Source of the DNA: Candidatus Aminicenantales bacterium
GTDB taxonomy: Bacteria; Acidobacteriota; Aminicenantia; Aminicenantales; Saccharicenantaceae
Direction of reading: 5' to 3'
Length of the DNA: 64,000 nt
Assembly: GCA_049512315.1 (NCBI GenBank)
Contig: JBEKXF010000014.1
Span: forward strand, 11,702 to 75,701
Below the pieces are notes generated by a model that saw only the letters and a list, made by a program, of their open reading frames with translations, did not search any database and was not told the DNA's origin. A program made the translations under genes and the position numbers. Shown one piece after another: positions 28,914 to 38,512 of this stretch. Within the stretch, counting starts at the first letter, position 1; every line of letters begins with the position of its first letter.

Positions 28914-30725
28914 ATGAGCAAAGCAGCCCAAAGGATCGCCCTCCTTCTCGTCGGGCTCGCCGTTCTGTCCCTCGCTTCCCGGGCCGCCTCCCCGATCATG
29001 CCTTTGGCCCAGGTCAAGGCCGGCATGAAGGGCAAGGGGAAAACGGTCTTTGCCGGGACGAAGATCGAGGACTTCGACGCCGAGGTCATCGGCGTGCTGT
29101 CCAACGTCCAGCCCAAGCGGAGCGTCATCCTCGCCCGGCTCGCCGGAAAGGGCCTCGAATCGACGGGCGTCATCAGCGGCATGAGCGGCAGCCCTGTCTA
29201 CATCGATGGCAAGCTCATCGGCGCGGTGGCCTTCAGCTTCTCCTACGCCAAGGAGGCCATCGCCGGGATCACGCCGATCGAGGAGATGCTCGCCCTGGAC
29301 AAGGCGCCCCAGGTCCCGCGTCCGGGCCTCCCGGGCCAGGTCCCGATCCGCGGCAGCATGTCCCTTGAGGACCTGTCGGCTCTCTACCGGGCGACTTTCG
29401 CCGCCCGGACGGCCTCCTCGACGGACGGCCAGCCGGTCGTCCCCCTTAGCGTTCCCTTGGTCTTCAGCGGCTTTTCGCCGTGGGCCTTCGAAAGGGCCAA
29501 ATCCTTCTTCGCGGACATGGGCTTTCGGCCGGTCCGGTCCGGGATGGGCGGTCCTCCGGCCCAGGACTCCGCACCTCCGGCAGCTTCCCTCGAGGAAGGC
29601 GACGCGATAGGCGTCCAGCTCATCGGGGGTGACCTGGACGTCTCCGCCGTCGGGACCGTGACCTATGTCAATGGCTCCAAGGTCCTGGCCTTCGGGCATC
29701 CCTTCTACAACCTCGGGGCCGTGGATTACGCCATGACCCGGGCGACGGTCCTGACAATCGTCCCGAGCCTCGAGAGCTCCTTCAAGATGGCCGTCTCCGG
29801 CCCCGTCATCGGCCGGATCTCCCAGGACCGCACGTCAGGGGCACTCGGCGAGATCGGCAAGCTGCCCGAGCTCATCCCCCTCAACATCTCCCTGACGGAC
29901 GGCCCGCTGGACCGGAAGGAGTTCAAGCTCAAGCTGGCGGACGACAAGTTCCTGACGCCGGCCCTCGTGAACCTAGCGGTTTCATCGCTCATCACCGGAG
30001 AGGAGCGGGCCTACGGCTATCTCTCCCTCGACTTCGACGGCGACATCTTTCTGGACCGGGGCACGAGCATCCACCTGGAAGACCTTTTTTCGGGGAACTA
30101 CGACACCTCCGCCACCAGCCTCTCTGGCCTCCTGGCGGCCATCGTCTATTACCTGGGCAACAACGAGTTCCGGGACGTCGGGATCTTCCGGATCGACCTG
30201 AATGTCCGGGCGACCGAGGAAGCCCGGCTCTGCGCCCTCGAGAAGGTCCTCCTGGACAAGTATGAAGTCTCTCCCGGCGAGAAGATCGAGATCAAGGTCT
30301 ATTACCGGACCTTCAAGGAGGAGACCTTGGTCGAGAACGTGACGTTCGTCGCCCCGGCCCTTCCGGCCGGCACCGAGTTCCAGATCGTCGTCGGCGACGC
30401 GGCGACGATGCAGCAGACCGAGAGGTCTCAGTACCGGGTCCCGGACTTCGTGCCGCGGAGCCTCAGCCAGCTCATCCGGATCCTGGGCAACCTCCGGAAG
30501 AACAACCGGATCTATTTCAAGATCCTCGCGCCCAAGCCGGGGATCTTCCTCAAGGGCGAGGAAATGCCGAACCTGCCGCCGACCCTCAAGTCCATGTTCA
30601 CCTCGCCGCGGGCTTCGTCGTCCGCCCCGATGGACCTCACCCGCTCCACGCTGGGCGAGTTCCAGCTTCCGGTTCCCTATGTCTTCCGGGGCGGGGCCGT
30701 GATCCCCGTCAAAATCCGAAAATAG
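28914..30725 (+). CDS. SpoIVB-like peptidase S55 domain protein, secreted
   Basis: Signal peptide; GVISGMSGSPVYIDGKLIGAV; AVGTVTYV...VLAFGHPF. Confidence 0.88.
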   Translation: MSKAAQRIALLLVGLAVLSLASRAASPIMPLAQVKAGMKGKGKTVFAGTKIEDFDAEVIGVLSNVQPKRSVILARLAGKGLESTGVISGMSGSPVYIDGKLIGAVAFSFSYAKEAIAGITPIEEMLALDKAPQVPRPGLPGQVPIRGSMSLEDLSALYRATFAARTASSTDGQPVVPLSVPLVFSGFSPWAFERAKSFFADMGFRPVRSGMGGPPAQDSAPPAASLEEGDAIGVQLIGGDLDVSAVGTVTYVNGSKVLAFGHPFYNLGAVDYAMTRATVLTIVPSLESSFKMAVSGPVIGRISQDRTSGALGEIGKLPELIPLNISLTDGPLDRKEFKLKLADDKFLTPALVNLAVSSLITGEERAYGYLSLDFDGDIFLDRGTSIHLEDLFSGNYDTSATSLSGLLAAIVYYLGNNEFRDVGIFRIDLNVRATEEARLCALEKVLLDKYEVSPGEKIEIKVYYRTFKEETLVENVTFVAPALPAGTEFQIVVGDAATMQQTERSQYRVPDFVPRSLSQLIRILGNLRKNNRIYFKILAPKPGIFLKGEEMPNLPPTLKSMFTSPRASSSAPMDLTRSTLGEFQLPVPYVFRGGAVIPVKIRK

Positions 30726-30737
30726 GAGACCGATCCC

Positions 30738-32918
30738 ATGAGAAAGATGTCCCTGTTCGGAATCCTCTGGGCCGTCGCCCTGTGCCTCACCCTCCAGGCC
30801 GTCGTTCCCCAGAAGTGGGAGCTCCGGACAAAAGAGGATTTCCTGAAGGGCAAGCTCGACGGCGTTTCGGTCTCCGACGAAGGCGTCCTGGCCCTGGCGC
30901 CCAAAGAAGAGAAGATCCTGTCGCCGACAGAGGAATTCTACCTTTCCGTGCTCCTGACGCCCGAAGGCGTCACCTATCTCGGCACCGGCCACGGCGGGAA
31001 GGTCTACCGGATCGGGAAGGACGGGAAGGCGGACCTCTATTTTCAGGCCCCCGAGATGGACGTGACGTGCCTCGCCCTGGACCAGAAGGGCGCGCTTTAC
31101 GCCGGGACATCGCCCAACGGGAAGATCTACAGGATCACGGAAAAAGCGAAAGGCGAGGCCTTTTTCGACCCCGCCGAGAAATACATCTGGGACCTCGAGC
31201 TCATGGATTCCGGTCGGCTCTGGGCGGCCGTCGGCGAGACCGGCGGCATCTACGAGATCAGCCCCCAGGGTGAGGGGCGGATGATCTTCAAGGCCGAGGA
31301 GAACCACATCCTTTGTCTGAGGAAGGGCGGCCGCGGCGACGTCCTCGCCGGGAGCGGCGGCAACGGCGTCGTCTACCGGATCTCTCCGGAAGGTCGGGCA
31401 TCCGTGATCTTTGAGACTCCGTACGAGGAGGTCCGCAGCCTGGCCGTCGACCGCGACGGACTGATTTACGCGGCCGCGTCCGGGACCCCCTCGAAGCCCA
31501 GGAAGGAGGAGGTCCCGACGGTCCAGCCCCGGTCCGAAGCGGCCGTCACCGTCACGGTCAGCTCCGTCAGCGTCCCAAGTGTCCCCGGATCGTCCGGGGG
31601 CGTTTCCGCCCCGGCGCTACCCTCCACCCAGAAAGAGTCCAGCGCCCTCTACCGGATATCGGGCGACGGAATGGCCCGGATGCTCTGGAGCTCCGATGAC
31701 GAGATGATCTACGCGCTCCTCTGGCAGGCGGGGGACCAGAAGGTCATTTTCGGCACGGGCCCGAAGGGCCGGATCTATTCTCTGGACAAGGACGAAAAGG
31801 TGTCGCTCCTCCTCCAGGAGAACTCAGAACAGGTCTTCGATCTCGTCCCGCTTGACTCGAAGATCTACGTGCTCTCCAACAACCCCTGCTACCTGGGGCA
31901 GCTCCTGACGGAACAGCGGTTTTCCGGGGAATACGTGAGCCAGGTCCTGGATGCCCGGACCCTCGCTTCCTGGGGGGGGATCGCTTGGGCCGGGAGCGCG
32001 GATGCCGGGGCGAGCCTCCAGCTCCAGACGCGGAGCGGCAACACTTATGAGCCGAATCCCACCTGGAGCGAATGGTCTCCTCCCTACCAGAAAAAAGAGG
32101 AGCAGGTCCTGAGCCCCAAGGCCAGGTACATCCAGGTCCGGGCGCTCCTGAAGACCCAGACCGGCAAGGTTTCTCCGGTCCTCGACACGCTGACCCTGTT
32201 CTACCTCCAGACCAACATCGCCCCCGCCCTCACGCGCCTGGAATTCCTGAAGCCGAACGAGGTCTTCCTCAAGCTTCCCGACCAGGAGGACGTCATCCTG
32301 GGCGTCGAAAAACGCCTCCCCGAACAGGCGCCGAAAAAGGACGACCTCAGGATCACCTTCCCGGCCAAGAAGGCCGAGCGTAAAGGTTTCCAGACCGTCG
32401 TCTGGGACGCCTCGGACGAGAACGGCGACACGCTCAGCTACACGATCTCCCTGCGGAAGGAAGGGGAGACCGAATGGCGGGTCATCCAGGACGGCTGGGC
32501 CGAAACGATCTACGCCTTCGACACGCTTTCGTATCCGGACGGGACCTACTTCATCAAGATCACGGCATCCGATTTGCCCTCCAATCCCGTGGGGCTCGAT
32601 CTCAAATCCGAGAAGGTCAGCCCGCCCCTCGTCATCGACAACTCGCTGCCGGTCGTCAAGAATTTCACGGCCGTGAGGAACGGGGCGACGCTCGAAGTGG
32701 CCTTCCAGGCCGAAGACGCGTACTCGTCCATCGAGGAGGTCAAGTGGCTGGTCAGGCCGGGCGAGTGGCGGGTGGTCTTTCCGGTGGACGGGATCTCGGA
32801 TTCGAGGAGCGAGACGTTCAAGTTCTCCGTGAGGATCCCGGCGGGCGCCGAGAACCTCATCACCGTCCGGGTCAAGGACAGTTACGGGAACGTCGGGGTC
32901 TATCGCCAAAATTATTGA
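30738..32918 (+). CDS. Secreted beta-propeller protein with C-terminal Ig/FN3-like domains
   Basis: Repeats of the form GxLYAGTxPxGKIYRI; QTRSGNT..P..TWSEWS; WDASDENGD.L.Y; follows the S55 gene by 12 nt. Confidence 0.8.
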   Translation: MRKMSLFGILWAVALCLTLQAVVPQKWELRTKEDFLKGKLDGVSVSDEGVLALAPKEEKILSPTEEFYLSVLLTPEGVTYLGTGHGGKVYRIGKDGKADLYFQAPEMDVTCLALDQKGALYAGTSPNGKIYRITEKAKGEAFFDPAEKYIWDLELMDSGRLWAAVGETGGIYEISPQGEGRMIFKAEENHILCLRKGGRGDVLAGSGGNGVVYRISPEGRASVIFETPYEEVRSLAVDRDGLIYAAASGTPSKPRKEEVPTVQPRSEAAVTVTVSSVSVPSVPGSSGGVSAPALPSTQKESSALYRISGDGMARMLWSSDDEMIYALLWQAGDQKVIFGTGPKGRIYSLDKDEKVSLLLQENSEQVFDLVPLDSKIYVLSNNPCYLGQLLTEQRFSGEYVSQVLDARTLASWGGIAWAGSADAGASLQLQTRSGNTYEPNPTWSEWSPPYQKKEEQVLSPKARYIQVRALLKTQTGKVSPVLDTLTLFYLQTNIAPALTRLEFLKPNEVFLKLPDQEDVILGVEKRLPEQAPKKDDLRITFPAKKAERKGFQTVVWDASDENGDTLSYTISLRKEGETEWRVIQDGWAETIYAFDTLSYPDGTYFIKITASDLPSNPVGLDLKSEKVSPPLVIDNSLPVVKNFTAVRNGATLEVAFQAEDAYSSIEEVKWLVRPGEWRVVFPVDGISDSRSETFKFSVRIPAGAENLITVRVKDSYGNVGVYRQNY

Positions 32919-32929
32919 GGCGAAAGTCC

Positions 32930-32950
32930 GGGCGGCGACAAAGACCGCCC
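32930..32950. terminator. Hairpin between convergent genes (possible terminator)
   Basis: GGGCGG-N9-CCGCCC between the propeller gene and efp stop codons. Confidence 0.4.
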
Positions 32951-32994
32951 CCGTGGGGATCTCACAATAATAATTTTGCCGTTATGAGGGGGGA

Positions 32995-33561
32995 TTATTT
33001 TGTCTTGGCCCGCTCGAGGTACTTGTCGTCGCGGGTGTCGACCCGGATGACGTCCCCTTCCTTGATGAATTCGGGGACCTGGATGATCGCCCCGGTCTCG
33101 ACCGTCGCGGGTTTGTACATGGACGTCTGGGTCGCCCCCTTGAGCCGCGGCTCGGTGCTCACGACCTTGAGGTCCACCGTGTTGGGCACGTCGATGCCGA
33201 CCGGCCGTCCCTCGAACATCTCGACCTTGATGACCATGTTCGGCATGAGGTACTTGACCCCGTCGCCGATGGCCTCGGCCGACAGGGTGATCTGCTCGTA
33301 ATTCTGGAGATTCATGAAGAAGTAGTCGTCGCCCTGCTGGTAGAGAAATTCCATCTCGACTTCTTCGAGGTACGCCTGTTCGAGCCTCTCCTCGGAGCGG
33401 AAGCGGTGCTCGGTCTGGGATCCGACCCGGATGTTGCGGAGCTTGGTCTGGACCATGGCCTTCCACCGCCCGGGCGTGATGAGCTGCATCTCCATGACCC
33501 GGTACAGGGTGCCGTCCATGATGATGATCATTCCTTTGCGGATCTGGGTCGCGTCGATCAT
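32995..33561 (-). CDS. efp: Translation elongation factor P
   Basis: MIDATQIRKGMII...TPGRWKAMVQTKLRN...YEQI...KPATVETG..IQVP.FI.EGD.IRVDTR..YLER; GGAGG RBS. The 505-aa track ORF is over-extended. Confidence 0.95.
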   Translation of the reverse strand: MIDATQIRKGMIIIMDGTLYRVMEMQLITPGRWKAMVQTKLRNIRVGSQTEHRFRSEERLEQAYLEEVEMEFLYQQGDDYFFMNLQNYEQITLSAEAIGDGVKYLMPNMVIKVEMFEGRPVGIDVPNTVDLKVVSTEPRLKGATQTSMYKPATVETGAIIQVPEFIKEGDVIRVDTRDDKYLERAKTK

Positions 33562-33733
33562 GATCCCTCCTGGAGTGGGCGCCGAAGCGCCCGTCAAGCC
33601 GGATATTTTACCATATCCGCCAAGCGGGTCCAATGATCGCCTTGTTCCTTCCTGCCGGTCTTCAGCTTGATATCTGCCGGGTTGATTGATTTCCGGGGGG
33701 AATTCCTTTATATATGAATTTCGACGGAGAGAC

Positions 33734-35443
33734 ATGAACAAAATCAAATCGCGCGGCACCGGCGGGACCCGGGCGTTCATCGGGCTATTGCTCGCGACGC
33801 TGGGGCTTCTCCCGGGGTGTTCTCGGACTCCGGGAGGGAAAATGGTCGACCTCGTTTTGATCAATGGTTCGGTTTGGACGGGAGATCCCCGGCAGCCGTG
33901 GGCGGAGGCCGTGGCCGTCCGGGGGAACAGGATCTTCAAGGTCGGGACGACCCCCGAGATCCGCAGGCTTTCGGGGGAGGGCGTGACCGTCGTCGATCTC
34001 AAGGGTGGGCTCGTCCTTCCGGGTTTCATCGACAGCCACACCCATTTCCTGGCCGGCGGCTTCTCCCTGAGCAGCGTCCTGCTCCGCGATGCCAAGAGCC
34101 GCGAAGATCTCGCCGCCAGGATCGCGGTCAAGGCCCGCTCCCTCGGGAAAGGGGAATGGGTCGTCAACGGCGATTGGGACCACGAGCAGCTCAGCCCGCC
34201 GGAGCTTCCCCGTAAAGAGTGGATCGACGCGGTGACGCCGGCGAACCCCGTCTGCGTCAACCGCTTCGACGGGCACATGATCCTCGCCAACAGCCTGGCG
34301 CTGAAGCTCGCGGGGATCACCCGGACGACTCCGGTGCCTCCCGGCGGCGAGATCGTCAAGGACCCGAAGACGGGCGAGCCGACGGGGATCCTCAAGGACG
34401 CGGCCATGGACCTCGTGTACGCAAAAATCCCCGAGCCCTCGTTCCCGGAGAAGCTCCGGGCCGCCGAGGCCTCCTTGGGTGAAGCGGCCTTACACGGAGT
34501 GACCTCCGTCAATGAGATGGCCGATGCCTCGAGCTTCGAGGTCTTCGAGGAGCTGGACCGGCAGGGCCGGCTGACGACGCGGCTCCATGTCTACATCCCC
34601 ATCACCCAAGTCGACCTGCTCCACCGTCTGAAAATCAAGTCGCCCTTCGGGAATCCACGTCTGAAGCTCGCCGGACTCAAGGGGTTCGTCGACGGCTCGC
34701 TCGGTTCGGAGACGGCCTACTTTTTCGAGCCCTACTCCGACGACCCGAAGGCCTATGGCCTCCTCCACGAACAGATGTATCCGGAGGGGATCATGGAGAA
34801 GAGGGTCCTCGAGGCCGATCGGGCCGGTCTCCAGGTGGCGGTCCACGCCATCGGCGACCGGGCCAACAGCCTCCTATTGGATATCTTCGAGAAAGTGATC
34901 GCCGCGGACGGGCCGCGCGACCGGCGCTGGCGGGTCGAGCACGCCCAGCATCTCAGGGCCGGTGACATCGCCCGATTCGGACGTCTCGGCCTCATCGCCT
35001 CCGTCCAGCCATACCATCTGATCGATGACGGGCGATGGGCCGAGAACAAGATCGGCCGTGAGAGGGCCAAGACCACATACGCGTTCCGTTCCCTCCTTGA
35101 CGCGGGGGCCGTGCTGGCCTTCGGATCGGACTGGACCGTGGCCCCTCTGGATCCCCTGGCGGGGATCTACGCCGCCGTGACCCGCCGGACCCTGGACGGG
35201 AAAACGCCCGGCGGGTGGGTCCCCGAGCAGAAGATCTCCGTCGAAGAGGCCGTCAAGGCCTATACCGTCAACGGCGCGTACACGGAGTTCGCCGAAAGGG
35301 ACAAGGGCTCGATCGAGGACGGCAAGCTCGCCGACCTCGTCGTTCTCAGCCGCGACATCTTCAAGATCCCGCCCGAGGAGATCAGAGGCGTCGAGGTCCT
35401 GATGACCATCTTTGACGGGAAAGTCGTCCACCGGAAGCAGTAA
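33734..35443 (+). CDS. Amidohydrolase 3 (YtcJ-like) family lipoprotein
   Basis: Lipobox LLPGC; PGFIDSHTH, GEPTGIL, KGFVDGSLG, HAIGDRA, RVEHAQ, FGSDW. Confidence 0.92.
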   Translation: MNKIKSRGTGGTRAFIGLLLATLGLLPGCSRTPGGKMVDLVLINGSVWTGDPRQPWAEAVAVRGNRIFKVGTTPEIRRLSGEGVTVVDLKGGLVLPGFIDSHTHFLAGGFSLSSVLLRDAKSREDLAARIAVKARSLGKGEWVVNGDWDHEQLSPPELPRKEWIDAVTPANPVCVNRFDGHMILANSLALKLAGITRTTPVPPGGEIVKDPKTGEPTGILKDAAMDLVYAKIPEPSFPEKLRAAEASLGEAALHGVTSVNEMADASSFEVFEELDRQGRLTTRLHVYIPITQVDLLHRLKIKSPFGNPRLKLAGLKGFVDGSLGSETAYFFEPYSDDPKAYGLLHEQMYPEGIMEKRVLEADRAGLQVAVHAIGDRANSLLLDIFEKVIAADGPRDRRWRVEHAQHLRAGDIARFGRLGLIASVQPYHLIDDGRWAENKIGRERAKTTYAFRSLLDAGAVLAFGSDWTVAPLDPLAGIYAAVTRRTLDGKTPGGWVPEQKISVEEAVKAYTVNGAYTEFAERDKGSIEDGKLADLVVLSRDIFKIPPEEIRGVEVLMTIFDGKVVHRKQ

Positions 35444-35473
35444 CGGAGAACCGGGAAGAGGGGAGCCGGACGC

Positions 35474-36154
35474 GTGACGGAACAGGAACTCTTTCGATCC
35501 GGGCCGGGCCGGATCGGCACGGACGAGTCGGGCAAGGGGGATTTCTTCGGGCCCCTGGTCGTGGCCGCCTTTTTCATGCCCGACGGCGCTGAGGACGTCC
35601 TCCGTGAGCTCGGGGTCAAGGATTCCAAACGGACCTCCGACGGCCGGTGCCATGAGATCGCGGGGATCCTGAAAAAAGGGTACGTCCACTCCATCGTCGC
35701 CGTCGGGCCGGAGAAGTACAACGAGCTTTATGAGAAGCTCCGGAACCTCAACCGGCTCCTGGCCTGGGCCCACGCCCGGGCCATCGAGAATATCCTGGAG
35801 CGGGTGCCCGCCGGGAAGGCGGTCACGGACCAGTTCGGCGACGAGAAGTTCGTCCGGAACGCTCTCCTTAAAAAAGGCCGGGCCATCGAGCTCGTCCAGA
35901 TGCCCCGGGCCGAGGAAGACCCGGCGGTCGCGGCGGCTTCGATCCTGGCCAGGGCCGAATTCCTGACCCGCCTCCATGCCCTCTCCAGGGAAATCGGCAT
36001 GGAGCTCCCCAAGGGCGCCTCGGCCCAGGTGGAGGAGGCGGCCGTAAAGCTTGTCCATGATAAGGGGCCGGACATTCTCGAAAAGGTGGCCAAGACGCAC
36101 TTCAAGACGACGGCCCGGGTCCTCGGCCGGGCGGGCGTCGCCAAGCTCGTCTGA
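35474..36154 (+). CDS. rnhC: Ribonuclease HIII, catalytic domain only
   Basis: IGTDESGKGDFFGPLVVAA, GVKDSK, DQF, VAAASILAR, LPKGAS, KTHFKT. Confidence 0.88.
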   Translation: MTEQELFRSGPGRIGTDESGKGDFFGPLVVAAFFMPDGAEDVLRELGVKDSKRTSDGRCHEIAGILKKGYVHSIVAVGPEKYNELYEKLRNLNRLLAWAHARAIENILERVPAGKAVTDQFGDEKFVRNALLKKGRAIELVQMPRAEEDPAVAAASILARAEFLTRLHALSREIGMELPKGASAQVEEAAVKLVHDKGPDILEKVAKTHFKTTARVLGRAGVAKLV

Positions 36155-36169
36155 GGAGAGGAGAAAAAG

Positions 36170-37411
36170 ATGTCCGAGCCTGGCCCCGATGAAGCGAAGA
36201 GAATGGCTGTGACCCGGCGGCTTGACTTCGACGACGCTTATGCCCGTGAATTCGAGGCCGAAATCCTGGAGAAGAGAAGCCACGAGGGGTTTCCGGCCGT
36301 CATCCTCGATCAGACCTGCTTCTATCCGGAATCAGGCGGCCAGCCGTGGGACAAGGGCACGCTCGGCGGCATCGAGGTCCTTAAGGTCATCGACCTCGAC
36401 GGCGACATCCTCCATGTTCTCAAGGAAGACGTGCCGGCCGGAACGGTCCGTGGCCTGATCGACTGGCCGACCCGATTCGACCACATGCAGCAGCACACGG
36501 GTCAGCACATACTGTCCCAGGCGTTTTTTGAGGTCCTCGAGGGTGAGACACGGTCCTTCCATCTCGGGGCGGATATCTCGACCCTGGAGATCGGCCTCCG
36601 GACGATCTCCGATGAGGCGCTGGACAAGGTCGAGGATCGAGCGAACGCAGTCGTCTGGGAAGACCGGGAGGTCAAAACATATTTCGTCCCGGAGGAGAGG
36701 ATCGACGCCGTGCCGCTCAGGCGTCCGCCGAAGAAACGGGGTCTTCTCCGGGTCGTCGAAGTCGCGGGCTACGATTACTCCGCCTGCGGCGGGACGCACT
36801 GCCGACGGTCGGGCGAGGTCGGCTTGATCAAGGTCCTGGGGACGGAAAAGATCCGGGGAAACCTCCGGTTCGATTTCCTCTGCGGCGGGCGGGTGCTCGC
36901 CGATTACAGGATAAAAGACGGGAACGTCCGGAAGATCGCGGGCTTTTTTTCCTCTCCGCCAGGGGAAACGGGCGGACAGGTGGAAAAGCTCGCGGCGGAC
37001 TTCAAAGCCTTGAAAAAACGGGGGCGCAGGCTTGAAGAGCGCCTGGCCTTCTTCGAGGCCCGGGAGATCATCCGCGGGGCCTCGGGCAGGATCGTCTCCG
37101 GTGTCCTCGAAGACAGGACCCCCGAGGAGGCCCGGTTCCTGGCCCTGAACATCATCAGGAACGGCGAATTCGCCGTCGTCTACGGGGCGGCCGGGGAGAG
37201 CCAAGGGCACCTCATCTTTGCCCGTTCCGATTCGCTGTCGACAGACCTCAGGGGACTGATCCCCGTCGTCGGGGCCTTGGTCCCGATCAAGGGCGGGGGA
37301 GGCCCCTCCCTGGTAGAGCTCGTGACGCCGGAGAAAGACAAGCTGGGCTCGGCCGTCGAAGCGGCCCGGGCCTGGCTCGAGGCGGGCGAGCGGAAGCTCG
37401 GAACGCCCTGA
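36170..37411 (+). CDS. AlaX-L alanyl-tRNA editing protein with a C-terminal DHHA1-like domain
   Basis: FYPESGGQP.D.G, MQQHTGQHILS (HxxxH), ACGGTH (CxxxH), KGGG. Confidence 0.92.
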   Translation: MSEPGPDEAKRMAVTRRLDFDDAYAREFEAEILEKRSHEGFPAVILDQTCFYPESGGQPWDKGTLGGIEVLKVIDLDGDILHVLKEDVPAGTVRGLIDWPTRFDHMQQHTGQHILSQAFFEVLEGETRSFHLGADISTLEIGLRTISDEALDKVEDRANAVVWEDREVKTYFVPEERIDAVPLRRPPKKRGLLRVVEVAGYDYSACGGTHCRRSGEVGLIKVLGTEKIRGNLRFDFLCGGRVLADYRIKDGNVRKIAGFFSSPPGETGGQVEKLAADFKALKKRGRRLEERLAFFEAREIIRGASGRIVSGVLEDRTPEEARFLALNIIRNGEFAVVYGAAGESQGHLIFARSDSLSTDLRGLIPVVGALVPIKGGGGPSLVELVTPEKDKLGSAVEAARAWLEAGERKLGTP

Positions 37412-37458
37412 CCCGGGGCCCGGCCCGGGGCGGTCCGAAAAACGGAGAGACCGAAGAG

Positions 37459-38385
37459 ATGAAACACATCCTCGTCGTCGGGAGCTCCAATACCGACATG
37501 ATCATCAGAGTCCCGCGCATTCCCCGGCCCGGAGAGACGATCCTGGGCGGGGAGTTCTCCATGGCTCCGGGCGGAAAGGGTGCGAACCAGGCCGTGGCCG
37601 CGGCCCGGGCCGGCGGCCGGGTGACGTTCCTGGCCCGCGTCGGCGAGGATGTTTTCGGCGCTCGGGCCATGGCGAACTTCGAAGCCGACGGCATCGACGC
37701 CCGGTTCATCATGAGGGACGGCCGGGCGGCGTCCGGCGTCGCCCTCATCAACGTGGCCGCGAGCGGCGAGAACAGCATTTCCGTGGCGTCCGGGGCCAAT
37801 GCCCTTCTCGCCCCGGAGGACGTGCAGGGGGCGGAGAAAGCTTTCGAGCGGGCGGAGATCGTCCTGATGCAGCTCGAGACTCCCCTGGAAACAGTCCGGG
37901 CCGCAGCCAGGATCGCTCGAGCCCGCGGCATTCCCGTCATCCTGAACCCCGCGCCGGCCCGCCCGCTGGGCGACGATCTGCTGGGATCCGTGAGCGTCAT
38001 CACGCCGAACGAGTCCGAAGCCGAGATGTTGACGGGAATCAAGTTCGGGACGGAGGCCGACGCTAAGCAGGCCGCGGCTGCTCTCCGCGCCCGCGGACCG
38101 CGCCTCGTCATCATCACGATGGGGGAGCGGGGCTGTTACGTCGCTGGAGATGAATTCGAAGGCAGGGTCCCGGCGTTTCAAATGACGCCGGTCGATACGA
38201 CGGCCGCCGGAGATATTTTCAACGGCGCCTTGGCCGTCGCCCTGGCCGAAAAACACCCGCTCCCCGACGCCCTCCGGTTTGCCTCTGCCGCCGCGGCCTT
38301 GTCCGTCATGAAACTCGGCGCCCAGCCTTCTGCTCCTACTCGGCAGGAAATCGAGGACTTCCTGGAGCTCAACTCCCGGGGCTGA
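37459..38385 (+). CDS. rbsK: Ribokinase
   Basis: VVGSSNTD, PGGKGANQAVAAAR, QLETP, NPAPA, PNESE, DTTAAGD.FNG. Confidence 0.95.
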   Translation: MKHILVVGSSNTDMIIRVPRIPRPGETILGGEFSMAPGGKGANQAVAAARAGGRVTFLARVGEDVFGARAMANFEADGIDARFIMRDGRAASGVALINVAASGENSISVASGANALLAPEDVQGAEKAFERAEIVLMQLETPLETVRAAARIARARGIPVILNPAPARPLGDDLLGSVSVITPNESEAEMLTGIKFGTEADAKQAAAALRARGPRLVIITMGERGCYVAGDEFEGRVPAFQMTPVDTTAAGDIFNGALAVALAEKHPLPDALRFASAAAALSVMKLGAQPSAPTRQEIEDFLELNSRG

Positions 38386-38512
38386 TCTTAGGAAAACGGG
38401 AAGCTTCCATTTTCCCCTCCCCGATCACGGATCTCGCTTGGGGTTCCTTATCCCGGGAAAATAGAAACGTCCGCCTTTTCTTGAAGGATCCTTTTTCGGC
38501 TACGAGGGGAGT

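Noticed and set aside
33562-34512. Apparent 505-aa N-terminally extended EF-P fusion
   Set aside because: The extension is antisense to the amidohydrolase gene; efp has its own GGAGG-ATG at 33561.
38390-38490. Two imperfect GGAAAA...TTTTC hairpins as REP-like repeats
   Set aside because: They are degenerate, not clearly repeated elsewhere in the window and have no associated transposase; terminator-like structure between convergent genes is more likely.
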